Shown: positions 11,766-24,072 of the stretch, piece after piece
Position numbering within the stretch: the stretch's first letter is position 1
How the letters are laid out: every line of letters starts with the position of its first letter
Assembly (NCBI GenBank): GCA_000934665.2
Contig: KZ538841.1
Span: 1 to 45,552, forward strand
Reading direction: 5' to 3'
DNA length: 45,552 nucleotides
Source of the DNA: Catajapyx aquilonaris
Taxonomy: Eukaryota
Position numbers and translations under genes: made by a program
The notes under the pieces: generated by a model
Seen by the model: the letters and a program-made list of their open reading frames with translations, nothing else
Told to the model about the DNA's origin: nothing
The model's database searches: none

Positions 11766-12094
11766 TGTTGATACACGGTTTTCTTTCTGGAACAACAATT
11801 ATACAAAGGTTCATATAATTATATGCCATGACATTAAAGGACGAGTGGGATGCCGACGTGAGTGACCAGGACACATCGAGCTATGATTCTGACAGCACCC
11901 AAGGTTACGTCGTATCTCTGCAGCATTATCAGAGAGATACAGAAGCCAGCTTTGTCATCAGAAGCAACAACTATATTTCTTCTAGACAAACACCGGAACA
12001 ATCTCCCACGAGTGAATACCTGTCGAGGGCAGGCAAGGTAACAGATTCTACGCCTCCCTGTAATGTGTAATGTTACCGTTACCGTTAGGTCACG

Positions 12095-12226
12095 CTTAAT
12101 CCGAATATGAAAACCGTTTGTCGCTATCTTTTGCGGTTGAGGCCCTGATACCTGTCCACAGACGGACAGACGGACGGACAGAGCCGTTCTGTAAGATATT
12201 TTTGCGATGATGAGAAAAAGTAAAAA
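12095..12226. mobile_element. Terminal fragment of a (CAGA/CGGA)n-bearing repeat (DINE/Helentron-like)
   Basis: CTGATACCTGTCCACAGACGGACAGACGGAC is shared with 43875-43905 and is followed by a short hairpin and A-rich end. Confidence 0.5.
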
Positions 12227-12456
12227 CTGGGGGTATTTTTTTTCTTCCGAAAACCACTCCACCATTGAAAGAGTAGCTTCAACCCTGGGTTTAAAGTTGT
12301 ACAAATTTTGCGTTAATTGTTGCCAGCAATTAAGAACTATGGTAAACCGAGTTTACGGCTATACCTGAAGTGCTGCAACTGGACCTAATAGATATCAATA
12401 AAACATTATATTATTTCTTCTATAAACCTTTCTGTTTATTGTAGAAAACCCTACAC

Positions 12457-12974
12457 CAGAGGTTCTCAAACTGTGGGACGAGCCCCCCTGGGGGGCGCGA
12501 AGGGGCGGCAGGGGGCGCGCGGGGCTAATCAAAAAATTATATGACTCGAAACAGGCGCAAAAGTCGTACTGATTAGGTAAGAACTACTTCTCAGGGCTTA
12601 CTGTAGCATGCAGTTCTACACAATTTGTGTAGTTCTAAAAGCCAAAAGTGCAGTTATGAATAAGGACTCGTACAGTCAGATAATAGCAGACAAGTCTGTT
12701 ATATCCGGATTCAACTGTACTTGTACATTGGCACTGCTGGAAATATGAAGGGAGCGACCTTTCTACTTGCTTATATCCGATGTGCTTACAGTAGGCTACA
12801 GCAGGATTCCACTGTACTTTGTCAGTTATTACATTCACCTAAGCTTGTGTGACCTTGAGCACAAAAACATTTCGCCTGCGGCGCGGCGGGCTTATTGGGT
12901 TTGGGGAAACTGGGGGGGGTTATCTGAAATTACGTTCCAGGGGGGCCCGATGTGGCAAAGGTAGAGAACCACTG
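12457..12974. mobile_element. hAT (Buster/Charlie-type) MITE containing a pogo-type MITE end
   Basis: CAGAGGTTCTCAAACT ... AGGTAGAGAACCACTG; TSD CCCTACAC / CGCTACAC (7/8 match). The internal CTGTTATATCCGGATTCAACTG|TA at ~12696-12719 belongs to the 6546 family. Confidence 0.82.
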
Positions 12975-14241
12975 CGCTACACAGTTATATCAAGAGCTAA
13001 TGGTTATATATTCTCTGCAGTTTGAAAATATTATTATAATATTGTGCAAGTACCAGATACATAGTGCATGCATTGCGTATTTCTTTATTTCCTTTGCTTT
13101 ACATGATAGGATATGGTATCCGGCCCGATCCATAAGATTTCCCCCTTGAAAATCATGTAAGGAATGAGGTAGAAAGGCGTTGCACCCGAACCGTTCATTC
13201 TCATTTGGGAAGAGCTGCACGGGATATCTCGAAGCAATTTTTTCAGTCCCTCTTTCTCTCTATTCTCCCTCCCCCCCCCCCCTTGCAATATGCTCCTCAT
13301 TCAAATTCTCTTCCGGCAGAAAGAATCATCCGTAACTTTAAAACTCCTACAGACACGTAGCGTACATTCTCATTAAGATGCAGTGAGCAATCCACTTAGA
13401 ATCCCCGATGTTGGAAAGATGTGTGCTGAAAAACTTAACGCATACACGACACGTGAACGGAATTCCAACACTTAATTGCGAGTCGTTTCCGAATTTGACA
13501 TTTAAAAATATGACAAGTTCTGTTATTAAATTGCATGATAAATTATCATAATAGCCAGTTCTATGATACCATTATGTTCACTATAGGCCGATTAAATGAA
13601 AGGAAAATTAGGAAAAATATCTCATAATTTACAAAATGATGCACTTGCTTCTATCGAAAAATATTTCAAAATATTTAACCGTGCAACAATGCATGTATGG
13701 CATTTGTACTAACACCACTAGATAATAGAGTTGGCGAAAAAGCAGCAAATCAGAACTGCACGAGCCTGGAAGGCCATCGAATCCCCAAAATGGACCACAT
13801 GAGTGCCTCCATCACATATGTTAGGGTGCAAATTGCATGAAAGCAGCCGAAATTGTTTGCAGGCAAAATCATAGAGCAAATTAGTACGGTACACAACTAC
13901 AATGGTTGTATATCATCCTAATATTGGCGAAATGTCTGGCAATCGTGTTGTTGTTAAGCATTTAAAACGCTATAATTTACTTGCCAATTGCCTAATATGC
14001 GACGGCAACGTACGGTTGGAACAGACATTTTGTTTCACAAGTACTAATTTAGGTCTGGACACTCTGATATAGGTTTCTTCAAAATTAGTGACCAGTCTGC
14101 CTCATGTACGATGTGTTTCATAACATAGCATACGATATCAGCAGAAATATGGCTTACGCCCACAATTCCTGTTGGCACCCTGAAGATAGGGAAGGCCGAA
14201 AGGAAAGGTTTGGGAGAATGTTCTAAACTGCTATCTTAAAC

Positions 14242-14475
14242 GGACGGTGTTATGCAATAATGGGTCAACCCACAAAAATGACAAAATTAAGTTAAGCCCA
14301 AGAACATACACCCAAAGGAGAGTACATTCAGTTAAAATCACGCTGGTAAAATCTGCATATTTCTGCCATAATGACCGAAAAGAACACTGAATTAGTTTCA
14401 CATCTATGACCTTCAAAGCCCTTTTTCTCAAAGCTGGTCTCATGTGGGTTGACTCATTATTTCATAATACCGTCC
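14242..14475. mobile_element. MITE (Sola1-like) ~550 bp upstream of the IR start codon
   Basis: GGACGGTGTTATGCAATAATGGGTCAACCCACA ... TGTGGGTTGACTCATTATTTCATAATACCGTCC; flanks AAAC / AAAT, a possible mutated AWWT TSD. Confidence 0.75.
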
Positions 14476-15025
14476 AAATACGGAATCGCAAAAAAGGTAA
14501 ACAGGTCTAATAGACTTGTGTGTAACAACAATAGCTTTCTACCTTATCGAACTATTTTAGCATCTGATTCATTTTAGATAGGCAAGTAAAATGTCCTGGT
14601 AGACCAAAATGAAATAGATAAAACGGCATATAAAGCTCAGCTTACTCTCCTTTCAGAATTCCGTACATGTGTCGCATTTCAATTTCCTGCATTTTATGTT
14701 ACGCATTCAGGTCTCAGAATTTTGCAACCCCCAATCCTTTCATACACCTAACCAATCTAATACTTATGCATTGTAAACATTGCTTCAATACGGTATCATT
14801 GAAAGCATAGATTGCAGGGAATGGGCCGGTTGTAACAATAGGGCTGTAGCCTGACATTGCAGCCCACACGAAGTTACGTGCGATAAGAGCGAGTGAATGC
14901 AAGAAACTTTCCTAGAGCAAGAGCAGTTTGGTTGGTCAAGTGCGTGCATCCACTTGCGAAATTCCTAGGCTAGAAACACCAACTTGTTTTAAGTGTTTCA
15001 GCAAGCGTGGCAGGCTAACAAAAAC

Positions 15026-17014
15026 ATGCACGTGTTTTTCCTGGCCATTGTCGTTCTTGCCAACAAAATTCACGGATTAGCAACATTTGCCTCGCACTTG
15101 ACGGAAGAGACTGTCGTCGCCTCATTTGTGCAGGAAATCCATCGTGATAAGGAAGAATGCTGGTTGGTTCTGGGACATGACTACCAGCGCATGCCATTGG
15201 CTTTGTCGGCCAGTTTGAGGGATCACAGCCTTCGGTATGGTCCTGCAGTTGCTATCAAGTGGGATCGGACCATCCCAGCTCCACCGGTGAATTCAGGCAC
15301 TAACGATAATTTCGAATATTGGTTTTCATGGCTGGAACGGCCAACAGCACGCTATCTGGGAAACTGCTTGTTTGTGGTGCTCATTTATCACGACAATAAC
15401 TTGAATCCGTTGCTTAAATACGTGGCTAGTGTAGTGAGGCTGGACCCGCGTAAAGATCGGGTGCTGTACTACAGCCCCAATTCCGACGTCAAACCGGCAA
15501 TGCTCGAATCCGAATTTTTGTTCCACATGGGAGTACTTTACGACCAGACTTCAGGGTACATCCAGATTGCCAACAAATGCCACTTTTGCGACAAAAGTGA
15601 CCCAGGAATCGTCACAAGAGGAACATACTCGGTCCTGTCAGGCATTACACCTCCGTACCTGACAGTTTATCCAGATTTTTCGATGGATATGAAGAGGAAG
15701 TTTCTGAACATTACATGGATACTGGAGTCCACCTCGGAAGAAATCCGCGACCGATTGAATCGACACCTTCCGGTATTCCCGTACGTAATGTTTATGGACG
15801 ATGCTGGGTACATGTTCAACTTTCAGTGGCAATCTCGCAGACCAGTTGCAGTACCTGGTTACGCAGATGAACAGCGTTTACCAGATGGGAACTTTACTGG
15901 TGTGATTGGTGCTTTGCAGAGAAGAGAGTGTCTCATTTCGGGTGCATATATGACGGAAAACTCTGTTATTGTAGCCGATTCACCTTCCTGCTTTTATAGC
16001 AGTTACATTACATTCGGGAGGCGTTTGCCACGACCGCTGTTTTCCTGGACAGCCATTTTCAAGCCGTATTCATCAGGGATGTGGTCCCTCATCACATCAT
16101 CAGCCTTCGGATGCAGTGTGGTGTTTTTCTTTCTTCTCAAGTTCCAGTATGCAATCAGTTATCCGTTTCCGGAAAATCAGCAACCTCCTAGTTCTCATAT
16201 GTTGTATTCCTTTCGATACATTTGGTCCGGTTTAATAGAAGAAAATCCTAACCTGATCCCAACTGCATCCGCTGTCCGTGTCTTAATTTGCTTCTGGTGG
16301 CTATTCTGTGACCTCATTGTTTGTGGGTACGAAGCCAAATTTTTCTCCTTTCTCGTTACTCCCGACTTGGAGATCCTTCCAAGTGATTATAATGAACTGG
16401 TAGAAACACCAGGCTGGAAGTGGGGAGGGATAAGTAACATAGCTACTTACATTGATATGTCTCTTGAACGATCTGAAATACAATACCACGATAAGGTACT
16501 GAAAGGTATGCAGGAAGGCCTAGATATGCTGAGTTGTTTGATGAAATCCATTTCGGAAGATTTTGCTTGTATAGGAGCTTCAGACATGATATACCCGGCA
16601 GCATATATACGAATGGATTTGGAAGGGAATTTGCCTATTGACATAGTTGATGATTCTTCACTGCGTGTAGTTGGTGGTGCGCTTGCTATAAAATATTCTG
16701 TTCTGTCGCCCGGTCTCAACAGATTTCAAAGTCGAACAGCTCAGTCGGGTATGTTTGAAAAGTACGTGTCCGATTTCATATATGCCATCGCCATCAATAA
16801 TTTGAAGTCCATTCGTGCAGAGAAATTGCTATATAAATTGTCTATGGAACTTAAAATTAGTCAAATTAAAGGACCGTTGGTACTGCTATGCACATTTTTA
16901 ATTGTCAGTTTGATAGTATTTTTTGGAGAATTAATCAACTATCGCTGTGCAAACGACAATTTTATTGCGAAAAATGTTAAGGATTCTACCAATGTACGGA
17001 TGGAAAATCATTAA
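15026..17014 (+). CDS. Divergent ionotropic receptor (IR; variant iGluR-family chemoreceptor), single exon, 662 aa
   Basis: The only long ORF. The first ATG (15026, context AAAACATG) gives a signal peptide, MHVFFLAIVVLANKIHG. S1-like PDGNFTGVIGALQRRECLISG; pre-M1/M1 AIFKPYSSGMWSLI; pore-like YIWSGLIEE; M3 AVRVLICFWWLFCDLIVCGYEAKFFSFL; S2 end GLNRFQSRTAQSGMFEKY; M4 LKISQIKGPLVLLCTFLIVSLIVFFGEL. Confidence 0.9.
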   Translation: MHVFFLAIVVLANKIHGLATFASHLTEETVVASFVQEIHRDKEECWLVLGHDYQRMPLALSASLRDHSLRYGPAVAIKWDRTIPAPPVNSGTNDNFEYWFSWLERPTARYLGNCLFVVLIYHDNNLNPLLKYVASVVRLDPRKDRVLYYSPNSDVKPAMLESEFLFHMGVLYDQTSGYIQIANKCHFCDKSDPGIVTRGTYSVLSGITPPYLTVYPDFSMDMKRKFLNITWILESTSEEIRDRLNRHLPVFPYVMFMDDAGYMFNFQWQSRRPVAVPGYADEQRLPDGNFTGVIGALQRRECLISGAYMTENSVIVADSPSCFYSSYITFGRRLPRPLFSWTAIFKPYSSGMWSLITSSAFGCSVVFFFLLKFQYAISYPFPENQQPPSSHMLYSFRYIWSGLIEENPNLIPTASAVRVLICFWWLFCDLIVCGYEAKFFSFLVTPDLEILPSDYNELVETPGWKWGGISNIATYIDMSLERSEIQYHDKVLKGMQEGLDMLSCLMKSISEDFACIGASDMIYPAAYIRMDLEGNLPIDIVDDSSLRVVGGALAIKYSVLSPGLNRFQSRTAQSGMFEKYVSDFIYAIAINNLKSIRAEKLLYKLSMELKISQIKGPLVLLCTFLIVSLIVFFGELINYRCANDNFIAKNVKDSTNVRMENH

Positions 17015-20000
17015 AAAATCATTTAGATTGAGATATAAAATAGTTTACTGTGTATAAGATCAAAATATGTTCTCCACATTCACTTCCACCTTTGATGTGT
17101 TCAGCAAACCTCTCTATGGTATTTAAAAATATGCATAACTTTCTTTCACATATTAAAAGGCACTATTCATCAATTGTCAACAGGTTATTACTCCAGTTTA
17201 CGTTGCATTCTAAAGACACAACAAAGGACGAGGATGCTACTCAAATAATCGCTTGCAATGGATGCTGCAACTACTACTCTCCGATTCACATAAGAGTGAA
17301 CCTTTACGATATGCATAAGGCCGAGGGGTCGGTGAACCTCCCGAAAGTAGTCCCCAACATGCCGGGCCCTACCGCTCTTCACAACAAAATGTAGGCTACA
17401 GTTTATGTAGCGCTGCAGCTACCGCATGGGCTGCCCCTTGGGCTGCCCATGATAATTAGCCATTCGAATTACATGTACCAGCACTGTTTCTTCGAGAAAG
17501 CCAGAGATACCGGGGACTAATTTTGCGTCGCGGCGGTTCACCGACCCCTCGGGAGTATGGATACCAAAAAGGTTCACACTTATGTGATTCGGAGTGTAAT
17601 GTATAGGCTACAGGGGCGAAAGGCGATCTAAATAGACACTTTAAACTGTTTTGTAACTGATACTTACAGTATATGCGCTTCTCTTGTTCATCACTGACTC
17701 TACAGTATGCTAGAAATGTCGTGATGATGTCAGTTAGGCAGAGAAACATTACCTGATTGGCTACAGTTAGGTTTTTGAGCTGGTTGTACTTGTAAAGCTG
17801 GAGGAGGGCTGCCTGGCAGGCCCTTTGAAACACTCGCACAACACAGATTTGTAGTTTTAACGCAGTAGTTTCCATTTGACAGTGAATCTAGTTCAATATC
17901 AGTTTTGTCTTGTATTATAGATGCACAAAAATTATTTTTTTCTCCGACCTCAGTCCTATACACTTTGGTTATGAGTCATGGAAGTCTGCAAGTCGTGGTG
18001 TATTAATGAACAAATGCTTCTTCCTATGATCACCAAAGTGATGTGGATAGGTGTATGAATATGCCACTGTTTACAGTTAGTATGCACAGATATTTCATGT
18101 GCTTAGGCTACTGAAGGACAGGGTGGTATTGTTAGCTCTTTGGCATGCTGTGAATATTGAGAATAATCAATATAAGTGCTTTGTCATTTGACACTGTTAG
18201 TATTAGTCTTCTCTTTTTCCACTCACTGCGACCTTGTTCAGCATGACGTTACAATATACAGTATTGATCCACTCGTACCTTGTTTCTCCAACCTTTTAAC
18301 TGACCGTTAGCGCTAACTGCAGTACAAGTTACTGAAACAGGGCATAAGAAGGCTTCGCTGTTCCCGGTTTTAGTTATGAGGGCGAGAGTTTGAAGCAAGC
18401 CTGAGGGCCAACCCAACTGTTAGCCACAGATCTTGTATATTTCACACACGTTTACTTTGGTATAACTTCGTGTAAGTCGGAAGGCAGATTTAACATCCAT
18501 GATTGTTACTACTAACTAAAACCGGAATATATCAATTCCAATGCACATTATAACAATAGACAACTTTCACTGGTTATACCACCATACACCTAATGAGCAA
18601 TTAATTTACATGTGCATGGCATTATTACCAATATGACAAAGAAGATTGTTTCCATCACGGATGATAATACATCCACTGTAGCATATCAACACATTGTGAC
18701 CAGAGTAGTAGTCTACTTGAGTGGAGCAATAATTGTAATTGTTACACCGGTGGTAATTTAGTTGAATAGATTTACCCAGTTAGGAAATTATTATGTGCTT
18801 CAGTGTCCATTGTTGTCCATGTTTAAAATGCTGGTGCGTATTGAACAAAATGAAAAAATGCCTTGCAGTTTACGAGCCGAATCACAGATTGATTTACTCA
18901 CCCTGAATATTATGTCTGATGGAAAAGCGGAATTTGTCACAAACATAACGGGCATGTATAGGTGTTGTGGAAGTACAGTATTATACAGTACAAAGTGAGG
19001 AACATCATGGACTGCGAGGACATTCCACTTGCATACTGTACAGTGTTTTGACTGCGAACCAGGGGAGACTAATCCATCAACACTTTCCCGTCCCCGCTGC
19101 AGATTTTGGCTGGAGGTCTTCAAAGCGAACTAATGACCTCTCTGTTGTATATTCGCGGTGTGGCTGATTAAGGCTATACAGGGTGATTGTAACTAAACCG
19201 ACAAACGCAGGCCTGTATCGTGAATACCTGGCCCCTAATCAAAGCTCACTTTATATCTGGATGTTACCTGATCAGCAAGGAATCAGAGACTGATCAGCAC
19301 AGGATAACAGAGAAGAACCCTTTTCAGTTATTGTTGCTATCAATGGATAAATTTTGTGGGTATTAGCCTACTCTTATCAGAATTCAGTTGAATTGATAAG
19401 AATGATATACCTAGGCCAGTGTCCTTGACTCAAATGGGTATCTGCATATTTAAACTGCTAGCACTGTCATTCACATTGTGCGTAGAAGTGCTGTATTAAA
19501 AATGTTCAGGGGTACTTTGTCAACATATTTTGTATCACTTTACCATGTTATCGCTTACGATGGGGAAGGATGGTGCCATATACTCGTACATCAGTGAGCG
19601 CCTCCATCTGCATAAAGGGAGAATATTGAAGCGACTTGTTGATCCTCCCCATCTCTACCTCCCCTATAAAGAACGCTTCCAAGATAAATGGTACACTATA
19701 CTGGCCTCGGTTGAATGTCCATCACTCGCCTTGAGGAAAGGGGTGTGGCTAAGGTGACGGGTGGTGACAAAAACTGGTCTTCACGCGCCTGCCTCCGCCC
19801 TATACAGATTTGATCAGTCCGATATATTACATAATAGTAGTGCATTTCCCAAGTCCCCAGTTGAAGGAGGAGGAAACTAACATAAATTTAAAAATATATT
19901 GCGATCTGAGGCGTACATTCAACTATGCCCAACTACTAAATATTGGCTAAAATGTGACACTGATCGTTCTGGTTTACAGGTTTTCATATAAATTTTACAA

Positions 20001-21296
20001 CAATTAAGTGTCTTTTCATAATATTTTGTAGTTGAAAGGTAACATTACTTAGGCTTCACTAAAGGTATAGCTACAACCAGGGTTTATCCTCGTTACTGTT
20101 TGATTCACTGCTGCCAACAATGAAAGCAGAAAAATACATTTGGTTCAGAATGTAGGCCTTCAATACAGTATTTATTATGGCAAAGGTATTCTGAGATTTT
20201 CTTTAGTCATATTTAGTAGAAGGACTGGAGAGCGACTATTGTCGTAAATAGGCCACATCCGGGCCTTTCCACCATCATTATCCGCAATGAAAAGAACGCG
20301 AATAAAGATCAGTCAATAAAAACAAGTTTACTAAGAAGGCGCACAGCCTGGTCAAAAGAATATTCAAACTTACTTTCTTCTGTAAGATTTCCATAGCACC
20401 ATTATACAGTATATACTGTAATAACACACTCACTCTCAGTTACACGCCAACACAAGGGGTGGCCTTGGTAGAAGCTTTGTACAAGTAATTTAAAAGTAGA
20501 TTCATTACAGTCACACTAATCAGATTTTAGTGTATTGTGTTTACTCTAGCCGGAAATTATTTCTGTATAGAGTAACCACATAGAGCACAATGTACTCGTA
20601 CTATAAAAGGCGGATTCGTTTGGATTTTTTGGTCAGCCGTCTACGATGATGGCTTTCTTTGTACAAAGCTTTTCGGCCATCACCCTTGCGGCGGAAGTCT
20701 GGGAGGAATTACAGAACGAACCAATCCCAATAGGAAAAGTTAGCTTTCTCCCAGACTTCTGCTATACATCAATACTGAAATAATATCAGTATAATGCATT
20801 ATTGTTACAAAAATAAACAAACTGAATTTTATGTCTTGACAGTAGTAGTGTTACACAATATGTTGTACTATACATCTGATGCTGGTGAATGATACTGTAA
20901 ATCACCCAACCTTGTGTTATTTCTTATGCCTTGATTTTAACCAAATTTTTTGGAAGACTTGTTAACCTTTTGCAAATGTAATCGTGAAATAATAGGAGCT
21001 GCATTTTCTTTTGTAGGTGAAGCGCAAGAGAAAAATTCTTGTGGAAGGGCGCTATTAGATGAGAGAAGTTCAAGATTGTGAGGATGTGTTACAACTGTTC
21101 TTGTCAACCTGTTTATATTTTTGTGATGCTGCGCCAATGGCGTCAAACTGTAAGTTTCATGATAAGATTTTCTGGATCGTTGTTCCCAGCAGTGTGTTAA
21201 ATAATTGGGGGAAATTAAGCACATATTAGCACATACAGTATACGGGAGCATTTGTCCAAAAGGGTATAAGTTCAAAATAATATGTTGACCTACTGA

Positions 21297-21423
21297 TGGC
21301 CGGTTTCACCAAGCCCGGTTTTCATAAAAACTTCGGTTCTTTCGGAAAATCCCTATTCTATTTGCAGGGATTTTCCGAAAAAACCGGGGCTTTTAAGAAA
21401 ACCGGGCTTGGTGAAACCGGCCA
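21297..21423. mobile_element. PIF/Harbinger (Tourist-like) palindromic MITE
   Basis: TGA|TGGCCGGTTTCACCAAGCCCGGTTTTC ... GAAAACCGGGCTTGGTGAAACCGGCCA|TGA; 3-bp TNA TSD. Confidence 0.88.
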
Positions 21424-24020
21424 TGAGTGGTGCCGCGCTGGTTCATCTCGGATTCAGGTATTTTGCTAACTTTTAAAACAAATTAACCTTAGTTGATCTT
21501 GGCCATTTCGGATTAATTTGAGAGATAATCGCTCCTTACACTGTGTACGCTGGTGATAGAAATCTTGATGCATACCAAACATCCCTACTACACGGGTCGC
21601 CTGGAGTGCAGGATAAAAATAATGCATGAAACCTAACCTCCGAAATGAAGTCGAAATCAACTAGGGTAATTGAAAAGTTGAGAACAAAAACGTACGGATG
21701 TGACATTTTTGCGCGCTTTAGTTATTCATGGTGCTGGAAATCCTGCCGTCTAGAAGCCAATACGCATCGTTTGGTACACTTTTCTTTATTGACGATGCAG
21801 AACTGTATTTCTTTTGCAAATACACAATGGTACATGGGTTGTAAAATTATAAAAATAAAGTGTAACTAACTCTACCTTCATTGTCATTATTTCATCCTGA
21901 TTTTCAGGGGTCAGCAGTAAAACCCTCAAGCAACACCCTTCGTATACCCTGAGCACCTGTTAATTTCATGACATTTACATTAATGTTTTCAATATTCAGG
22001 TGTAACATGGTGTACATCTGCATACGAGAGCAGGAAGTACGCAACGTGAGCTACCTAGACTCTGTATGTGTACTGTATGAACCGATGCATTTTCGAAAGC
22101 AGAATATTCCATAGAATTTTACGTTAATAATAAACATTACTCGCTGCGATATCTGCAATGAATATTATTATTTTAGAAGCAGGTTTGTGACATTCATATA
22201 ACACCGCTGGCAATAATGGAAAGTACAGAGGAGTTTAATAATGGTGCCATTTGAAACCTCCGTTTCCAACATGCCCCAGATCCGTTGGGTGTGAACCGTC
22301 GGAAATTCGCCGATCTATCACGTCGACGAGTCTTTTCTCAATCCATTAATCCTTTCCTTTTTTCTTCGGAAAAAAGGGGGGCTTCGTGTGAGTAACCTTT
22401 CTGGGTGTAGATACGTAGGGCGTGAAAGGGTTCGAGTTTTCCGTGCTGTGACATTTCCATGCTAGGGCAAAGCAGGCAATGAGAACAGGCAAGCAGGTTT
22501 TTAAAGAAAGCGCAGGAGCCTATTCATTAGCCTATCGATCGGAGCCCAGTTTATTCCGACCCAGATACTGGTGAGCACTGCAGTTGGCTCAGCTGGAGCC
22601 CGACTTTGCCTCTAGAGGAGATCGGTTTCAGGCCAATCTTAAATTATGTAACTCCCCAACCGAATGTTTCAATAGTTCAAGGTTCATTATTATTGCCGAC
22701 ACTCTCATAAGTAAAGCACAGAGTGTCCGGAATATCATGGGATATGAGTATCACATATGTGGCATGCTACGCAATAATAAGTCTAGTCGCGTTCTATTCA
22801 AAAGCTACTGAGCAAGTGCGTCAGACAGGCAATGTGCTATTATGCTGCACCATGCCCCACCCGTTTTGACTGTTCCAAAGTTCACTTCTCATGTGACGTT
22901 TGTCCAATAGCCGTCATTTAAATGCTCCGCACTACATAAAAGTCAGCACGGGGGGGGGAGCGATGTACTGTAACTATTGTCTGGACCCTACGCGGTTCCT
23001 ATTGACCCTCTCGGTAAATTATTGGGTACTCTTCTATTGACTTACAGGCGCAGGATTCAGCTCAGTCACGTCCAACACGTTAAATATTGGCGGAGGGCTT
23101 GCACCGGAATTTTTGCCAACCTTCCAGAAATTATATCCTCTCCATCTGACAGCGACACGTGTTGTCCTATCAATAGCAAACTCTCTTGATGCATTTAGGT
23201 TCAGTACGTTATTTGTCACATTTTTTATGGGATAATGAGTTTGTCGAAGGTTTGGGACAGGTGGCCTCCGGGTTCGATCAAACATATGGTTCTCTCCCTC
23301 CCCTATATATATGTGTGTGTGTGAGGGCTCCAGTAATCGGCTCAGCTCCCATCCCTCCTCTCCCACATCCCCTTTTCATTGCGAAGCTCAAATTGCTCCA
23401 TCGCGAAATTTATGGCGGTCCCACATGGGTTTTAAAATCAGGCTGCAATAAAGCTCCACATTACGGGAACGTGAAGCAGGCCACTTTTTTCAAAGGGTTA
23501 CGGTGTTGTGTTGCACGCTTGTGATCCTGAATATTGAAACCCAGTTGCTGACCGGGTCAAGTTTCACCCAGAAAGTATTCATCAAATGGCTATTACTTAA
23601 ATCGCTTCTGGTATCTGGGTTTTGGCATGTCACCTGACGATGTCCTGACAAAAATGACGCCAAGCCAGCTATAATTATTAGCTATTTTATTAGTAGAAAT
23701 TGATATAGCGCTGTATATGCGATACCGACACGTCGACGAAGTGCTGATTATGGTTAGATGAATGGTACTAAAATGTAACTTAATTATGGGTAGGTTCACT
23801 CACCCCGTGAAAGACATTAATCAAGAACCCCAAAATTACTGTAATAATTGAAGCCCCAAATTTTCTGAAAACGTAATTACTTAATAAAGTAAGGCAGGAG
23901 AAACGTTGCGTAAAAGCTAGAAGAGGGTGGAGGATGGGGAAGACCTTCAGGGGAAGGGTAGTCTATATCAGAATATAGACTACTAATTTATTAGCACATG
24001 CTATAGGACTATAACGAAGG

Positions 24021-24022
<2 letters not shown>

Positions 24023-24072
<50 letters not shown>
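24023..24072. repeat. (ATT)n microsatellite
   Basis: About 16 perfect ATT units. Confidence 0.97.

Noticed and set aside
14993..15025. GTG start of the 673-aa ORF
   Set aside because: This is a eukaryotic gene. The ATG at 15026 has a good context and places the signal peptide at the N-terminus.
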